Source: Candidatus Zhuqueibacterota bacterium
GTDB lineage: Bacteria > Zhuqueibacterota > Zhuqueibacteria > Thermofontimicrobiales > Thermofontimicrobiaceae
Direction: 5' to 3'
Assembly: GCA_049322915.1 (NCBI GenBank)
Contig: JBMOPW010000004.1
Location: 99,343 to 163,342 of the forward strand
Length of the DNA stretch: 64,000 nucleotides
Under the pieces are notes generated by a model. That model made no database searches and had not been told where the DNA came from. It saw only the letters and a program-made list of their open reading frames with translations. Within the stretch, counting starts at the first letter, position 1. Each line of letters opens with the position of its first letter. Made by a program: the position numbers and the translations under genes. This document shows positions 33,047-44,100 of this stretch, piece after piece.

Positions 33047-36034
33047 ATGAATTCAGTCAGGTATCGCGTCATCGGTATTTTGTTTCTGGTTTTATGGTGT
33101 TCACACTCTTTTGCCGGGGAAGAATACTGGCAGCAATACGTGCACTACGATTTCAATGTGACGCTCGATGTGGAGAAGCATGCGCTCAGCGGGGACGCCA
33201 TCATCACGTATAAAAACAACTCGCCGGACACGCTGGATCGCATCTATCTGCATCTTTATCCCAACGCATTCAGGGATGAAAACTCCACCCTGTCACGCGA
33301 GTCAAGGCGATATTACTCCGGCGCCATTACGCCGGAGAACAATGGCTATATCGATATTCTGGAATTCAGAATCACGCGCAAAGACGCCAGTGCGAATGTC
33401 AACGAAGCGCCGGTGGTGGCTTATCACGTGAAGGATACGATCCTGGAATCCATGCTGCCTGAGGCGCTCCGGCCGGGAGAGGAGTTGCAACTGTACGTTA
33501 AATTCTATGAGAAAATTTCATCGCTGGTCCGACGCGGCGGCTGGCGCGGCAATCAATACGACATCTCCCAATGGTACCCCAAACTGGTGGTGTACGACCA
33601 AAAGGGCTGGCACGCGGACGAGTATCACGCTTCCGGGGAGTTCTATGGCGAGTTTGCCACGTTCGACGTGGCGATTAATCTGCCCTACAATTACATTGTC
33701 GGCGCGACCGGCGTGCCGGTGGCCGGCGATCCCGGCTGGACCTGGGTGCAGGTGGACACCTGTCTTTCCGATGCCGCATGGGACTCGGCTTATGTCGAAA
33801 TGAAAGCGGCCATTGAAGCCCGGGCGGATCAGGGACTGGAACGGACCGTGAAATTTCACGCGGAAAATGTCCACGACTTCGCCTGGCTGGCGTGTCCGGA
33901 TTTTCTGTACGAACGGGGCGAATGGAATGGAATTCCGGTGCATGTGCTCTATCGTTCGCAGGCCAGGCATGAATGGACCAAAGTCGTGGCGCAGCGCGGC
34001 GAAAATGTGCTGAAATGGCTGTCGGAAAAATATGGCATGTATCCCTATCCCCAGTTGAGCATCACCCACGGACTGTTGGGCGGCGGCATGGAATATCCCA
34101 TGCTGGTGATGAACTCCGGGCCGTGGGAAGGATTGATTTCGCACGAAGTCGGCCATATTTATTTTTACGGCCTGTTTGCCAGCGACGAACTGGCCGAAGC
34201 GTGGATGGACGAAGGTGGCACGTCGTATCAGGAATACTGGTATCAGGTGAGCAATTACGGTCCCTACGCCTACGAGGGCGAGGAGGAGGAGCGTTCCGGG
34301 CTGCAAAAATTGTATCCGAGAATTCCCCGAAAAGAGAGGGAGGCCTTCTATCTCACCGATTACATGACCAGCGGCTACAATGAACCAATGTCCCAATACG
34401 CGCATGAGTTCAAAGGGGGGTACGGGATCAATGCCTATTCCAAAGGCGCCTGGTTTTACGCCATGCTTCATTATATTGTCGGCGATAGCCTCTGGGGCGA
34501 AATCAATCACGCCTATTTCGACCGATGGGCGTTCAAGCATGTGAATGAACAGCGGTTCCGCGAAGTCTGCGAAGACGTGAGCGGCATGGATCTGGGCTGG
34601 TTTTTCGATCAATGGCTGCACAATACAGTGGGTGTCGATTACTCGCTGGGCAAAATCTCCAAAACTCAGGAGGCCGACGGCCGCTGGCGCACCGATGTGC
34701 GCATCAAACGGAACGACGCCGGCATCATGCCGGTGGATGTTCAGGTGACGACGGAGAATGGAGAAAAATTTGTTCAACGCTGGGACGGCAAGGACAAATT
34801 CGGCCTGCTCACGTTTTATACAGCGGCAAAGCCCGGAAATGTCGTGCTCGACCCGGAGGACAATGTTCTGGATAGAAATCGACTGAACAATGGCGGCTGG
34901 AAAATTCAATTGTTGCCGGATCTGCCGCATGCGTGGGATTACACGCCCCGAAACGTCTACCTCGTGAAATATACTCCCAAATTCTGGTACAATGACGTGG
35001 ATGGCCTGTGGCTGGGGTTGCGTCTGCGCGGCAATTACATGCAGAAATTCAATCGGTCGGAACTGGGTCTGACCTACGGCCTCCTCTCAAACGATGTCGG
35101 GTTCAATGTCGCGTTTGGCCACCCATTGCTTCCCAATAGTGAAAAATTGCAATTCGATGTCTCCGGCGTGAAGCGCGAAGGCCGCGCTATTGGCGAACTG
35201 GGTTTCACCTATCGCACGGGCAGCGAGCAAAACGCGCCGCTGGTTCATCAGTTCAATATTGCTTTTAACGCGGCGCAGCTTTTGAAAGGCGATGAGGCGT
35301 ATGCGGTCAGGCGAATTCGGGTGGACGGGCACGCTGTTCACATCCCTGAATGGGAGTTGGGACGGGTCCACAAAATCATGGGAAGTTATCGGATCGAAGG
35401 TAGGCGGAATCGCTGGAGCACAAGTCTGGGATTGACGGTGGAATCTTCGCAGGCGATGTGGGGCAGCGAGTTCGATTATTGGAAATTCAGCGGACAGGCA
35501 AAAATGCGATATGTATTTGGGCTGAATCAATTCGCGTGCCGTCTGTTCGGCGGCGCCTTCAGCGGCGATGATGCCCCGATTCAGGAATTGTTCTACACCG
35601 ATGGCGCCAATCCCCGGGAACGATTTCAGACCTTTTATTTGCGAAGTCTTGCCGCGTTCCCTGCGGAGGCCAATTACCATTTTCCCGGCGGCGGGAATTT
35701 GCGCGGATTTATCGACCATCCGTCCGGGACGGAGCAGATCGCGGCGCTGAATGCTGAAGCCTCTTTCGGATGTTTAATGCCCCTGGCGCGAAAGGTGCTG
35801 CCGCGGCGCTGGAACATCCAACTGTCAACGTTCTACGATGTCGCCCGGATTGAGAAGTCCGTCCTGAGCGACGATACTCTTATGGATGCCGGCGTTGGTC
35901 TGAAACTCAACGCGTGGATGCTTTCCCGTCGCGTGACCATGCGTTTCGATTTCCCGATCTGGGTGAACCATCCGATGCCGGGGGATAAGGAAACCGAATT
36001 CCGCTGGCTGTTCAGTTTTCAAAACGCGATTTGA
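33047..36034 (+). CDS. Exported M1-family metalloaminopeptidase with C-terminal beta-barrel-like region
   Basis: Signal peptide; YWQQ, GGMEYP, HEVGH-x18-E; C-terminal GGGNLRGF...DAGVGL...FDFP. Confidence 0.85.
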   Translation: MNSVRYRVIGILFLVLWCSHSFAGEEYWQQYVHYDFNVTLDVEKHALSGDAIITYKNNSPDTLDRIYLHLYPNAFRDENSTLSRESRRYYSGAITPENNGYIDILEFRITRKDASANVNEAPVVAYHVKDTILESMLPEALRPGEELQLYVKFYEKISSLVRRGGWRGNQYDISQWYPKLVVYDQKGWHADEYHASGEFYGEFATFDVAINLPYNYIVGATGVPVAGDPGWTWVQVDTCLSDAAWDSAYVEMKAAIEARADQGLERTVKFHAENVHDFAWLACPDFLYERGEWNGIPVHVLYRSQARHEWTKVVAQRGENVLKWLSEKYGMYPYPQLSITHGLLGGGMEYPMLVMNSGPWEGLISHEVGHIYFYGLFASDELAEAWMDEGGTSYQEYWYQVSNYGPYAYEGEEEERSGLQKLYPRIPRKEREAFYLTDYMTSGYNEPMSQYAHEFKGGYGINAYSKGAWFYAMLHYIVGDSLWGEINHAYFDRWAFKHVNEQRFREVCEDVSGMDLGWFFDQWLHNTVGVDYSLGKISKTQEADGRWRTDVRIKRNDAGIMPVDVQVTTENGEKFVQRWDGKDKFGLLTFYTAAKPGNVVLDPEDNVLDRNRLNNGGWKIQLLPDLPHAWDYTPRNVYLVKYTPKFWYNDVDGLWLGLRLRGNYMQKFNRSELGLTYGLLSNDVGFNVAFGHPLLPNSEKLQFDVSGVKREGRAIGELGFTYRTGSEQNAPLVHQFNIAFNAAQLLKGDEAYAVRRIRVDGHAVHIPEWELGRVHKIMGSYRIEGRRNRWSTSLGLTVESSQAMWGSEFDYWKFSGQAKMRYVFGLNQFACRLFGGAFSGDDAPIQELFYTDGANPRERFQTFYLRSLAAFPAEANYHFPGGGNLRGFIDHPSGTEQIAALNAEASFGCLMPLARKVLPRRWNIQLSTFYDVARIEKSVLSDDTLMDAGVGLKLNAWMLSRRVTMRFDFPIWVNHPMPGDKETEFRWLFSFQNAI

Positions 36035-36150
36035 TGCAGACCCTGTTTCGAAAAAATGTCTTTGAACTGTCAGCAACGGGCTGAAAGCGATGGCCTTTCG
36101 CAGCTTTAATTTTCGGTTCTTGCGCCGGGTATGAAATTAACGAAGATGAG

Positions 36151-39100
36151 ATGGGTATGAAAAAAATTCTGATGCTGTCCGCATATTTGTTACTGATGAG
36201 TTCTCTGCTTTCAGCCGGAGAAGTGACCATCGAACAGGCGAAAGCCATCGCTCAAAATATCTATCAACAAAAACTGCCTCGGGTTTCGGCCCTGACCACG
36301 GAGGCGGCGGCGCTCGCCAGGCCGGTGACCATCAGTGGAGAAAGCGGGGCGCTCCTGTATGTGTTCAATGCGAGCGATAGCGGTGGCTTTGTCATTGTGG
36401 CAGCGGACGATGCTGTCCGGCCGCTGCTGGGCTATTCGCTGCATGGCCGTTATGGCGACCGATCCCTTCCCCCGGCGCTGTCCGATTTGCTGGACAGCTA
36501 CACCAGGCAAATTGAAATTGCCCGGCAAAGTCAACTCGAAGCGGATGAATCGATTCGCGCTGACTGGGAATATTATCGTTCCGGGAGACAGGCGCTGCAA
36601 AAGGCTGTCCCGGTTGTCGATCCGTTGATAACCAGCCTGTGGGACCAGGACCGATATTATAATGCATTCTGTCCGGTCGATCCGAGCGGCGCGGATGGCC
36701 ATGCCCGCGTCGGTTGCGTGGCCACGGCCATGGCGCAGATCATGCGTTACCACGAGTATCCTCCCCATGGGTATGGATCTCATAGCTTTTTTCACTACCA
36801 GTACGGCGAAATCTCGGCTAATTTTGAAAACGCCAGCTATCACTGGGACCAGATGGGAGATTGGGTCACCGACTATAATGATGAAGTTGCGGAGTTATGT
36901 TTTCACTGCGGCGTGGCCGTGGAAATGGGCTACGGGCCTGAAGGTTCCGGCGCCTATTCAAACGATGTGCCGTACGCGTTGCGAACCTTTTTCAACTATG
37001 CGCCGACAACGCAGCTTGAGTATAGTGATTATTACACCACTGCCGGATGGATTGCACTGCTGAAGAGCGAGCTGGACGAGTATCGTCCCGTCTACATGAG
37101 CGGCAGCGGCTCCGGCGGACATGCGTTTGTCTGCGACGGCTACGATGACTCTGATCTGTTACATTTCAATTGGGGCTGGGGCGGACTGTACAATGGATAT
37201 TACCAGATCACGGAACTGAATCCGGGCACTCATATTTACAGCTACGGCCAGGCGGCTGTCGTGGGAATTCAATCCGCCATGCCGCCCATGGCCGATTTTT
37301 CAGCCAATACCGCGACGGTGATCACCCACGGCGCTGTCGATTTTTTCGATCAATCGGAGCATATCCCGGCCGACTGGTACTGGGAATTTGAGGGAGGGAC
37401 GCCAGCCAATTCCACGGAAAGGAATCCGGCAGGCATCGTTTATTCCATCCCCGGCAGCTACCAGGTCTCGCTCACCGCGTCGAATTTAATGGGCAGCGAC
37501 ACCAAAACAGCGATCGATTTTATCACGGTTTCCGATACGGCCAGGCCTGTCGCAGATTTTGGTTTCAGCGACGCCTTGCCGGCCGTGGGCCAGGAAGTCC
37601 TTTTCACAGATCAATCGCTGAATCATCCGCAGTCCTGGGCATGGCAATTCGAACCCGGCGCGGTGACATTTTTGCTAGGCACCCATGAATTTTCTCAGCA
37701 TCCTGTGGTGGCGTTCGACGAGCCAGTCGCCTATACGGTGACGCTGACGGTGACAAACGCCAATGGGGAGTCCGTCGTTTCCCGGCCGGAAGCAATCCGC
37801 GCCGGCGGTTACCCTCTGCCGTTCACTGAGGATTTTGAATTGGGCACGTTCAAGGATAAATGGAGCATTGAAAACCCGGATGGCGGAATTACCTGGGATG
37901 GCTATTACAAAGTCTCCGGCAATTTGCCCAGCCGGCGCGCGGCCTGGATCAATTGCTACGACTACGAATCGGTGGGGGAGCGGGACCGATTGATTTCTCC
38001 CCGGATAAATTTCTTCCCGGCGCACAATCCAACGCTCTATTTTAAACACGCCTATGCCATCTATAACATGACGCGACGGGATTCGCTCATCATTTATATT
38101 TCAGTCCTGAATAGCCCCCACTGGGAGCGCATCTTTGCGCGGGGCGAAGATGGCAGCGGAAATTTTGCCACGGATCCGCCGACGCTCGGCGAATTCATCC
38201 CCAGGTACAGCGACGACTGGTGCGGCGTCGGTTTTGGAGCGAGCCCCATTTCCATCGATCTCAGTCCCTGGAGTCGCAACGCCGATGTTCGCATCATGTT
38301 CGAATCGTACAATGGTCACGGCAATAGCCTGTACATTGACGATCTGGTGATAACCGGCGAAGTGGCGCTCTGCATTGCCCGGCCTATGGCAGATGGAGTG
38401 TTTCGCGAAGACGAAATGCCCGCCGCTGCCATTGCAAATCTGGATACGGTTTTTTACTGCCCAAACACAGCCGATTCGCTGGTGTTCACCGCCAACTCGG
38501 ACAACGCTTGCATCGTTCCCTCAGTGTACCAGAATCAACTCTATCTGTCGTTTGTGCATGACTTCTTTGGCGCAGGCCAGGTCACGGTGACGGCGATGAA
38601 CAGCAATCGGGTGACCGTCTCCGATACGTTTCAAGTCACCATCCTGCCGGTGAACGATCCGCCCCAACTGAATCTGCCGGATTCGCTGGTGATGCGGCCC
38701 GATTCTGCCTCCATGTTGAATGTCTGGGATTGCGCGCTGGACAGGGATTGTCCTGACTCGCTGCTGCAATTCACATTTGCAGCGTCTGTCCCGAGTCTCG
38801 CCCTGGACTACCATGACCGCAGCGGGGATGTGTGGCTGATTTCTCCCGGTGATTTTGTCGAGGGAGTCCTGTATATTTCCGTCGCGGATGATAGCAACGC
38901 CACTACGTCTGATTCGCTGAAAATTTTCATGAACGCGGAATCGGATATTGTCCGGCCGGAACCGGCTGCGCCGGTGAGTTACCAGTTCTATCAGAACTAC
39001 CCCAATCCATTCAATGCAATCACCCATTTCCGGTTTGGACTTCCGCTGAAAGGACATGTGCGGCTGGAGATTTTCAATGCATTGGGCCAGCGCCTCGCCA

Positions 39101-39237
39101 CAATTGTGGATGAGGTGATAAACGCCGGCGCTTTTGAAGTTGCTTTCAATGCCGGAAATTTGCCCAGCGGCTTGTACCTGGCGCGAATCCAATCCGGTCA
39201 ATTTACCAGTGTCAACAAATTTTTATTGATGAAATAA
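36151..39237 (+). CDS. C10 (streptopain-like) cysteine peptidase with prodomain, PKD domains and a T9SS/FlgD-type C-terminal domain
   Basis: VGCVATAMAQIM, GHAFVCDGY, HFNWGWGG; PKD W.W.F motifs; QNYPNPFN...LPSGLY. Confidence 0.92.
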   Translation: MGMKKILMLSAYLLLMSSLLSAGEVTIEQAKAIAQNIYQQKLPRVSALTTEAAALARPVTISGESGALLYVFNASDSGGFVIVAADDAVRPLLGYSLHGRYGDRSLPPALSDLLDSYTRQIEIARQSQLEADESIRADWEYYRSGRQALQKAVPVVDPLITSLWDQDRYYNAFCPVDPSGADGHARVGCVATAMAQIMRYHEYPPHGYGSHSFFHYQYGEISANFENASYHWDQMGDWVTDYNDEVAELCFHCGVAVEMGYGPEGSGAYSNDVPYALRTFFNYAPTTQLEYSDYYTTAGWIALLKSELDEYRPVYMSGSGSGGHAFVCDGYDDSDLLHFNWGWGGLYNGYYQITELNPGTHIYSYGQAAVVGIQSAMPPMADFSANTATVITHGAVDFFDQSEHIPADWYWEFEGGTPANSTERNPAGIVYSIPGSYQVSLTASNLMGSDTKTAIDFITVSDTARPVADFGFSDALPAVGQEVLFTDQSLNHPQSWAWQFEPGAVTFLLGTHEFSQHPVVAFDEPVAYTVTLTVTNANGESVVSRPEAIRAGGYPLPFTEDFELGTFKDKWSIENPDGGITWDGYYKVSGNLPSRRAAWINCYDYESVGERDRLISPRINFFPAHNPTLYFKHAYAIYNMTRRDSLIIYISVLNSPHWERIFARGEDGSGNFATDPPTLGEFIPRYSDDWCGVGFGASPISIDLSPWSRNADVRIMFESYNGHGNSLYIDDLVITGEVALCIARPMADGVFREDEMPAAAIANLDTVFYCPNTADSLVFTANSDNACIVPSVYQNQLYLSFVHDFFGAGQVTVTAMNSNRVTVSDTFQVTILPVNDPPQLNLPDSLVMRPDSASMLNVWDCALDRDCPDSLLQFTFAASVPSLALDYHDRSGDVWLISPGDFVEGVLYISVADDSNATTSDSLKIFMNAESDIVRPEPAAPVSYQFYQNYPNPFNAITHFRFGLPLKGHVRLEIFNALGQRLATIVDEVINAGAFEVAFNAGNLPSGLYLARIQSGQFTSVNKFLLMK

Positions 39238-39280
39238 CGCAGAGGTACTGAATAGCAATGGCGCATGGTGAGAACGAGCG

Positions 39281-41428
39281 ATGCTGACCACACTTAAAAA
39301 ATACTTCGGGTTCACGGCATTCCGGCCGCTGCAGGAAGAGATCATCAAAACCATCCTGGCAAAACAGGATGTATTTGTGCTCATGCCCACCGGCGGCGGA
39401 AAATCCCTGTGCTATCAACTGCCGTCGATCCTCAACGATGGGTTGACCATCGTCGTTTCCCCGTTGATTGCTCTCATGAAAGATCAGGTCGATTCGCTCC
39501 GGGATTACGGGATAACCGCGGCGTTCATCAACAGTTCACAGAGCTACGAGCAGATTTCCGATATCAAAAAGGAACTGGTGAGCAACAAAATTAAGCTGCT
39601 CTACGTGGCGCCGGAGCGATTGGCCATTCCTGAATTCCTCGAGTTTTTGAGCGCATTGAAACTATGCCTGTTCACCATCGACGAAGCCCATTGCATTTCC
39701 GAATGGGGCCACGATTTCCGACCGGATTACCGCAAACTGGTGCTGCTCAAACGGAAATTCCCGGCCGTGCCCATGGCCGCGTTCACTGCAACAGCCACAC
39801 CGATTGTCCAGCAGGATATCGTGCAGCATCTGGAACTGAAAAACCCCCAGCTCTTCAAGGCCAGTTTCAATCGGCCAAATCTGTTTTATACGGTGCTCAA
39901 CAAAGGCGAAACCTATCAGCAGTTGACCGATTACCTGCACAGCCATGCCGGTGATTCCGGCATCATCTATTGCCAGAGCCGCAACACAGTGGATTCGCTG
40001 ACAGCAGCATTGCAGCAGGATGGTTACAAAGCCGTGGCCTACCATGCCGGCATGGAGCCCGCCGAGCGCACCCGCAATCAGGATCAGTTCATCAAAGACA
40101 ATGTGGATATCGTAGTGGCCACCATCGCCTTCGGCATGGGCATCGATAAACCGAACGTGCGGTTTGTCATTCACTACGACCTGCCCAAAAATCTGGAGCG
40201 ATATTATCAGGAAACCGGCCGCGCCGGCCGGGACGGACTGAAAAGCGATTGTATCCTGTTTTACAGCTATGGCGACCGCGCGAAAATCGAATATTTTCTC
40301 AAGCAGATGGAGGACGATCACGAGCGGGAAATTGCCTACCAGAAGCTGATCCGGATGGTCGGCTTTTGTGAGAGCAATGTCTGCCGTCGGAAAATTATGC
40401 TCGATTATTTTGGCGAGGCCCATACGTTCGAGCGCTGCGACATGTGCGATAATTGCCTCAAAGACACTGAGACCTTCGACGGCACAATTATCGCGCAGAA
40501 ACTGCTGTCCTGCGTCTACCGTCTCAACCAGCGATTTGGTTTGACGTATGTGGTGGATGTCCTCAAGGGTTCGAAGAGCGAGCGCATTTTTCAGAATGGC
40601 CACCAAAAGCTATCCACCTACGGCATCGGCCCGGAGCACACAAAAAAACAGTGGGAAGCCTACGGCCGACAGCTCATTCAGCAGGGACACCTGACTATCG
40701 AGGGCGGCGAATATCCGGTGCTGAAACTCACGGAGAAAAGCCGGGCGGTGCTGTTCAACCAGGAGAAGGTGCTGCTCAGCGCAGTGAAAATATCTGAGGC
40801 CATTTCAGTCAGAGAGAAGGAACCTCTTTTCGATGGAAATTTGTTCGAGGCCCTGCGGCAGCTTCGAAAGCGAATCGCCGACGAGCGAAATGTACCGCCG
40901 TTTGTGATTTTTCACGACACAACGTTGAAAGAAATGGCGGTGCGCCAGCCGAAAACCTGGAGCGAACTGAGTTCCATCGTGGGCATGGGACAGTCGAAAT
41001 TGAAGCGCTATGGTCCACGGTTTTTGAAAGAAATTCTGGCCTATCGCCAGGGCCAGGTCGCGTTGGGACATGCCGCCTCCACTGCGCACGCCGGCTCAGG
41101 GAGGACAGAACTGCCCACAGAGCAGACAACGCTCCGGATGCTTCAACACGGATTATCGCCGGAACAGGTGGCGGAAGAAAGAGCTATTTCGGCTCGAACT
41201 GTGTACCACCATATCGAGACCCTCATTCTGTCCGGTGAGAATCTCATTCTGGATAGGTTTTTGCCTTCCGACAAACATCGCGTGATCCGCAAGGTGCTGC
41301 ATCAGTTAGGCGTCGATGATCTGGACAAAGTCCAGGCGCGTTTGGGCGACGGCTATGCCCGCCATGAGATTCGGCTGGTGCGGGCGAAAATGAACGCGGA
41401 GAAAAGGACGCGATCCAATGAAACGTGA
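39281..41428 (+). CDS. recQ: ATP-dependent DNA helicase RecQ
   Basis: MPTGGGKSLCYQ, DEAHCISEWGHDFRP, QETGRAGRDG, Zn-binding CDMCDNC, RQC and HRDC domains. Confidence 0.97.
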   Translation: MLTTLKKYFGFTAFRPLQEEIIKTILAKQDVFVLMPTGGGKSLCYQLPSILNDGLTIVVSPLIALMKDQVDSLRDYGITAAFINSSQSYEQISDIKKELVSNKIKLLYVAPERLAIPEFLEFLSALKLCLFTIDEAHCISEWGHDFRPDYRKLVLLKRKFPAVPMAAFTATATPIVQQDIVQHLELKNPQLFKASFNRPNLFYTVLNKGETYQQLTDYLHSHAGDSGIIYCQSRNTVDSLTAALQQDGYKAVAYHAGMEPAERTRNQDQFIKDNVDIVVATIAFGMGIDKPNVRFVIHYDLPKNLERYYQETGRAGRDGLKSDCILFYSYGDRAKIEYFLKQMEDDHEREIAYQKLIRMVGFCESNVCRRKIMLDYFGEAHTFERCDMCDNCLKDTETFDGTIIAQKLLSCVYRLNQRFGLTYVVDVLKGSKSERIFQNGHQKLSTYGIGPEHTKKQWEAYGRQLIQQGHLTIEGGEYPVLKLTEKSRAVLFNQEKVLLSAVKISEAISVREKEPLFDGNLFEALRQLRKRIADERNVPPFVIFHDTTLKEMAVRQPKTWSELSSIVGMGQSKLKRYGPRFLKEILAYRQGQVALGHAASTAHAGSGRTELPTEQTTLRMLQHGLSPEQVAEERAISARTVYHHIETLILSGENLILDRFLPSDKHRVIRKVLHQLGVDDLDKVQARLGDGYARHEIRLVRAKMNAEKRTRSNET

Positions 41429-41434
41429 TCAGCC
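40905..41434 (+). repeat. 530-bp direct repeat, copy 1 (recQ 3' end)
   Basis: Aligns ungapped to 62629-63158 (offset 21724) with about 14 substitutions by manual count. Confidence 0.95.
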
Positions 41435-42169
41435 AGTGATGTCATAGAGTTCATGCGCGACCATTTCGAAGATTCTGATTTTGACATGACCAAAGACATT
41501 GGCGCCGGCCCATACAAACTGCCATATCGCTGGCGTCCCTTAACCTGGGAAGTGGACAGCGTTGAATACTGCAACGAACGCGCCACCTCGACCCAGCAGA
41601 CCGGTTTTTCGTTCGTAGCCCAGGCCCGTTCCTGGCTGCCGGATCCCATCGGCGGCGTGCTATGGTTCAGCGTGGACGATACTTACAGCACTGTCTACGT
41701 GCCCATGTACTGCGGCATTAGCGAAGTCCCGAAAAGTTACGCTGTCGGCACCGGATCGTTTGATGATTTCACCTGGGAATCAGCGTTCTGGGTGTTCAAT
41801 AACTACACCTACTCCCGGTATTCCGATATGATTGTGGACGTGCAGAAAGTACAGCGAGAACTGGAAGGCAGATTTTTGGCGGATCAGGCGGGCATTGAAA
41901 AAGCCGCGCTGGAGCTGTTCAACAAATCGCCGCGCCTGGCTGTGGATTATCTCACCGAATATTCTGTGAAGACCGGCAATGAAACAGTGAAACGCTGGAA
42001 AAAACTGGGTGAGTTCCTCATTTACAAATACCTCGACGGTAATGTGAAAAACGAACTGGGGAAAGTGACCCATCCCGGCTATCCCCAATCCTGGTATCGC
42101 ACAATCGTGAAAGAAACCGACGATCATTTTAAAATGAAAAAACTGGAAGGCGAGGGAGGCACGCATTAA
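41435..42169 (+). pseudogene. 5'-truncated C69-family dipeptidase (C-terminal half only)
   Basis: DVIEFMRDHFE, PYRWRPL, NERATSTQQTGF and KYLDGN resemble the C69 C-terminus; the N-terminal catalytic region is absent, and homology begins at the repeat junction. Confidence 0.75.
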
Positions 42170-42192
42170 TCCCTTGCCCGAATAAAATGAAG

Positions 42193-42240
42193 AACGTACG
42201 GCAGTCCTCCTGGTTGGGGTGACTGTCGCACGTTTTTTTT
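42193..42240 (+). terminator. Intrinsic terminator
   Basis: ACGTACGGCAGTC...GACTGTCGCACGT imperfect stem followed by a T-run. Confidence 0.7.
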
Positions 42241-42284
42241 ATCGAATCCGTAAAACGAGCTATCTTTAATATATTATATCAATA

Positions 42285-42884
42285 TTACTTTGTCCCTATT
42301 GAAAATGATAAAACGGAAAATTTTCCAACAACTATAAAACCAAATGACATGGTATATTCAGTATTTTTATAATTATAAACCTTAACACCCCCTGAAAGAC
42401 CGCTATTACCTAATTCTCCTTCATGCGTATCAATTTTTCCCCTGACATATTCAGTTTTTGAATCCATATAATCTTCAACAGTTTTTACAACTTTTTTCAT
42501 TTCATTGAATTTGCTTTTTATTTTTGTTTCATCTGAATTAGAAATAGTGATCTTAAATTCTTTCTTGATTAGAAGATCATTTTTAAAATAATAACTTGCA
42601 TCTCCTGTTAAGCCTAAAAACTTTGTATTATAAACTATTTTTGAATCTGTATTTTCTGAAATTTTTCCTTTCTCTATACTTTTGATTGATTCAGAATCGT
42701 TTCCTAATTCTGTACGCCAAAAAGGGTCTGTTGAATAACCCGCTTCATCATATCCAGCTTTTGAACTCGAAAATAATTTAATGGGTTTGACCTGTGTATG
42801 CATGCAAGAAGTCAAAAATAAACCGACAAGTACAAAAAGAAGTAACGATGTTTTCGATACGAAATTCATAATTCGATTCTCCAT
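42285..42884 (-). CDS. Putative lipoprotein, unknown function
   Basis: Lipobox-like FLTSC after a hydrophobic stretch; AT-rich. Confidence 0.6.
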   Translation of the reverse strand: MENRIMNFVSKTSLLLFVLVGLFLTSCMHTQVKPIKLFSSSKAGYDEAGYSTDPFWRTELGNDSESIKSIEKGKISENTDSKIVYNTKFLGLTGDASYYFKNDLLIKKEFKITISNSDETKIKSKFNEMKKVVKTVEDYMDSKTEYVRGKIDTHEGELGNSGLSGGVKVYNYKNTEYTMSFGFIVVGKFSVLSFSIGTK

Positions 42885-43077
42885 AGTTATTAGTATTTTT
42901 TAATTAGAGGGTATAATGATTGTTTCACCTGTGCTGACTTCAATGAAACAGGAGAAGTAACTCCACCTTTTTGCTTTCAATTTGTTTTAAACAATGTAAA
43001 AGTCGGCCTCAGGTACAAAGAAAGCTATCACATTACCCAACAAAAAAGTGATATATTCGAATCACATACAAATATTA

Positions 43078-44100
43078 TTATATCTTTTGAGATTTTACAA
43101 TACCGTCGATAATTACTTTATCTTCCTTTTCTTCCCACGTATTCCAATCTTTCCACTCTAATTCACCTTCACTTACAGTGATCGAATTAAAGAGGAAAGG
43201 TAAATATACTTCGTACATAAAAGCTGAACCATGTAAAATCATTCCTAAAGGATTTGATAGTGGATCTACAATATGCTGACGTATAATGCCTTTGTTGCCC
43301 CAAAGCGAATTTAAGCCTGATTTATTATATGGATCACGAATTGCTATTGACCGATTATAACTAACCTTAACCTCTTCACCAATTTGGAACTTGGGTATTT
43401 TTTTCTTTTTACAATAAAGAGAAAATTTTTCTTCGATGTCTTTCAGAATTTCTGACTTTGGATTTTCTTTCACATATAATCTTATTGCTACTTCAGCAAT
43501 CAATTGAAGTTCGTTTGCTGGTAAATTCAGAGCATCAGACAACAGAATTATTGAATTAGTATCTCTTATTTTACCTAGTGCTATTAAAGACCCCATTTGG
43601 ATTTCATGATTGTTTGATTTAAGTAGTTCCTCAAGTGAAGTTACGGCAATTCCACCGTATGTAGAAATTGATTCCGCAATTAATTCTATGTTCTTATTTT
43701 TTTCAATTTCTAACAAATGAAACAGCAAATCTAGTTTTTCTGTATTCGTTCTTTTGATAATTGATTCACTTTTAATATCTTTAATTTTCATTACAGACTC
43801 TATAGTCTCTTTTGTTAGTTGATTAGAATCTGATGATAACCGTTTAATCAATTCGGGCAATGCATCCAATACTTTCATGTCGCCAGCACTTTTTATTGCA
43901 ATTTCACAAATTGAACTATCATGATCATTAATAATTTGTGAAAGTAATTTAGCAGCTTCGGAACGATCAAGTCTCATTAATATTTGAAAAGCGTCAAAAC
44001 GCAAAGCACGATCTCTTGATTTAGTGATTACTTTGATTAATTTTTTATAGTTTTTATTCTTTTCTAATTTGCTTAAATTGGGTTTAAAAATGTATAGCAT
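43078..44100 (-). CDS. HEAT-repeat protein
   Basis: FKPNLSKL N-terminus; ALGKIRD-type HEAT repeats; GGAGG RBS. Confidence 0.7.
   Translation of the reverse strand: MLYIFKPNLSKLEKNKNYKKLIKVITKSRDRALRFDAFQILMRLDRSEAAKLLSQIINDHDSSICEIAIKSAGDMKVLDALPELIKRLSSDSNQLTKETIESVMKIKDIKSESIIKRTNTEKLDLLFHLLEIEKNKNIELIAESISTYGGIAVTSLEELLKSNNHEIQMGSLIALGKIRDTNSIILLSDALNLPANELQLIAEVAIRLYVKENPKSEILKDIEEKFSLYCKKKKIPKFQIGEEVKVSYNRSIAIRDPYNKSGLNSLWGNKGIIRQHIVDPLSNPLGMILHGSAFMYEVYLPFLFNSITVSEGELEWKDWNTWEEKEDKVIIDGIVKSQKI

Noticed and set aside
33518..34930. Long antisense ORFs (also 14770-15846, 39662-40606, 5809-6618, 1430-2050)
   Set aside because: These are shadow or alternative frames of well-supported genes and have no motifs of their own.
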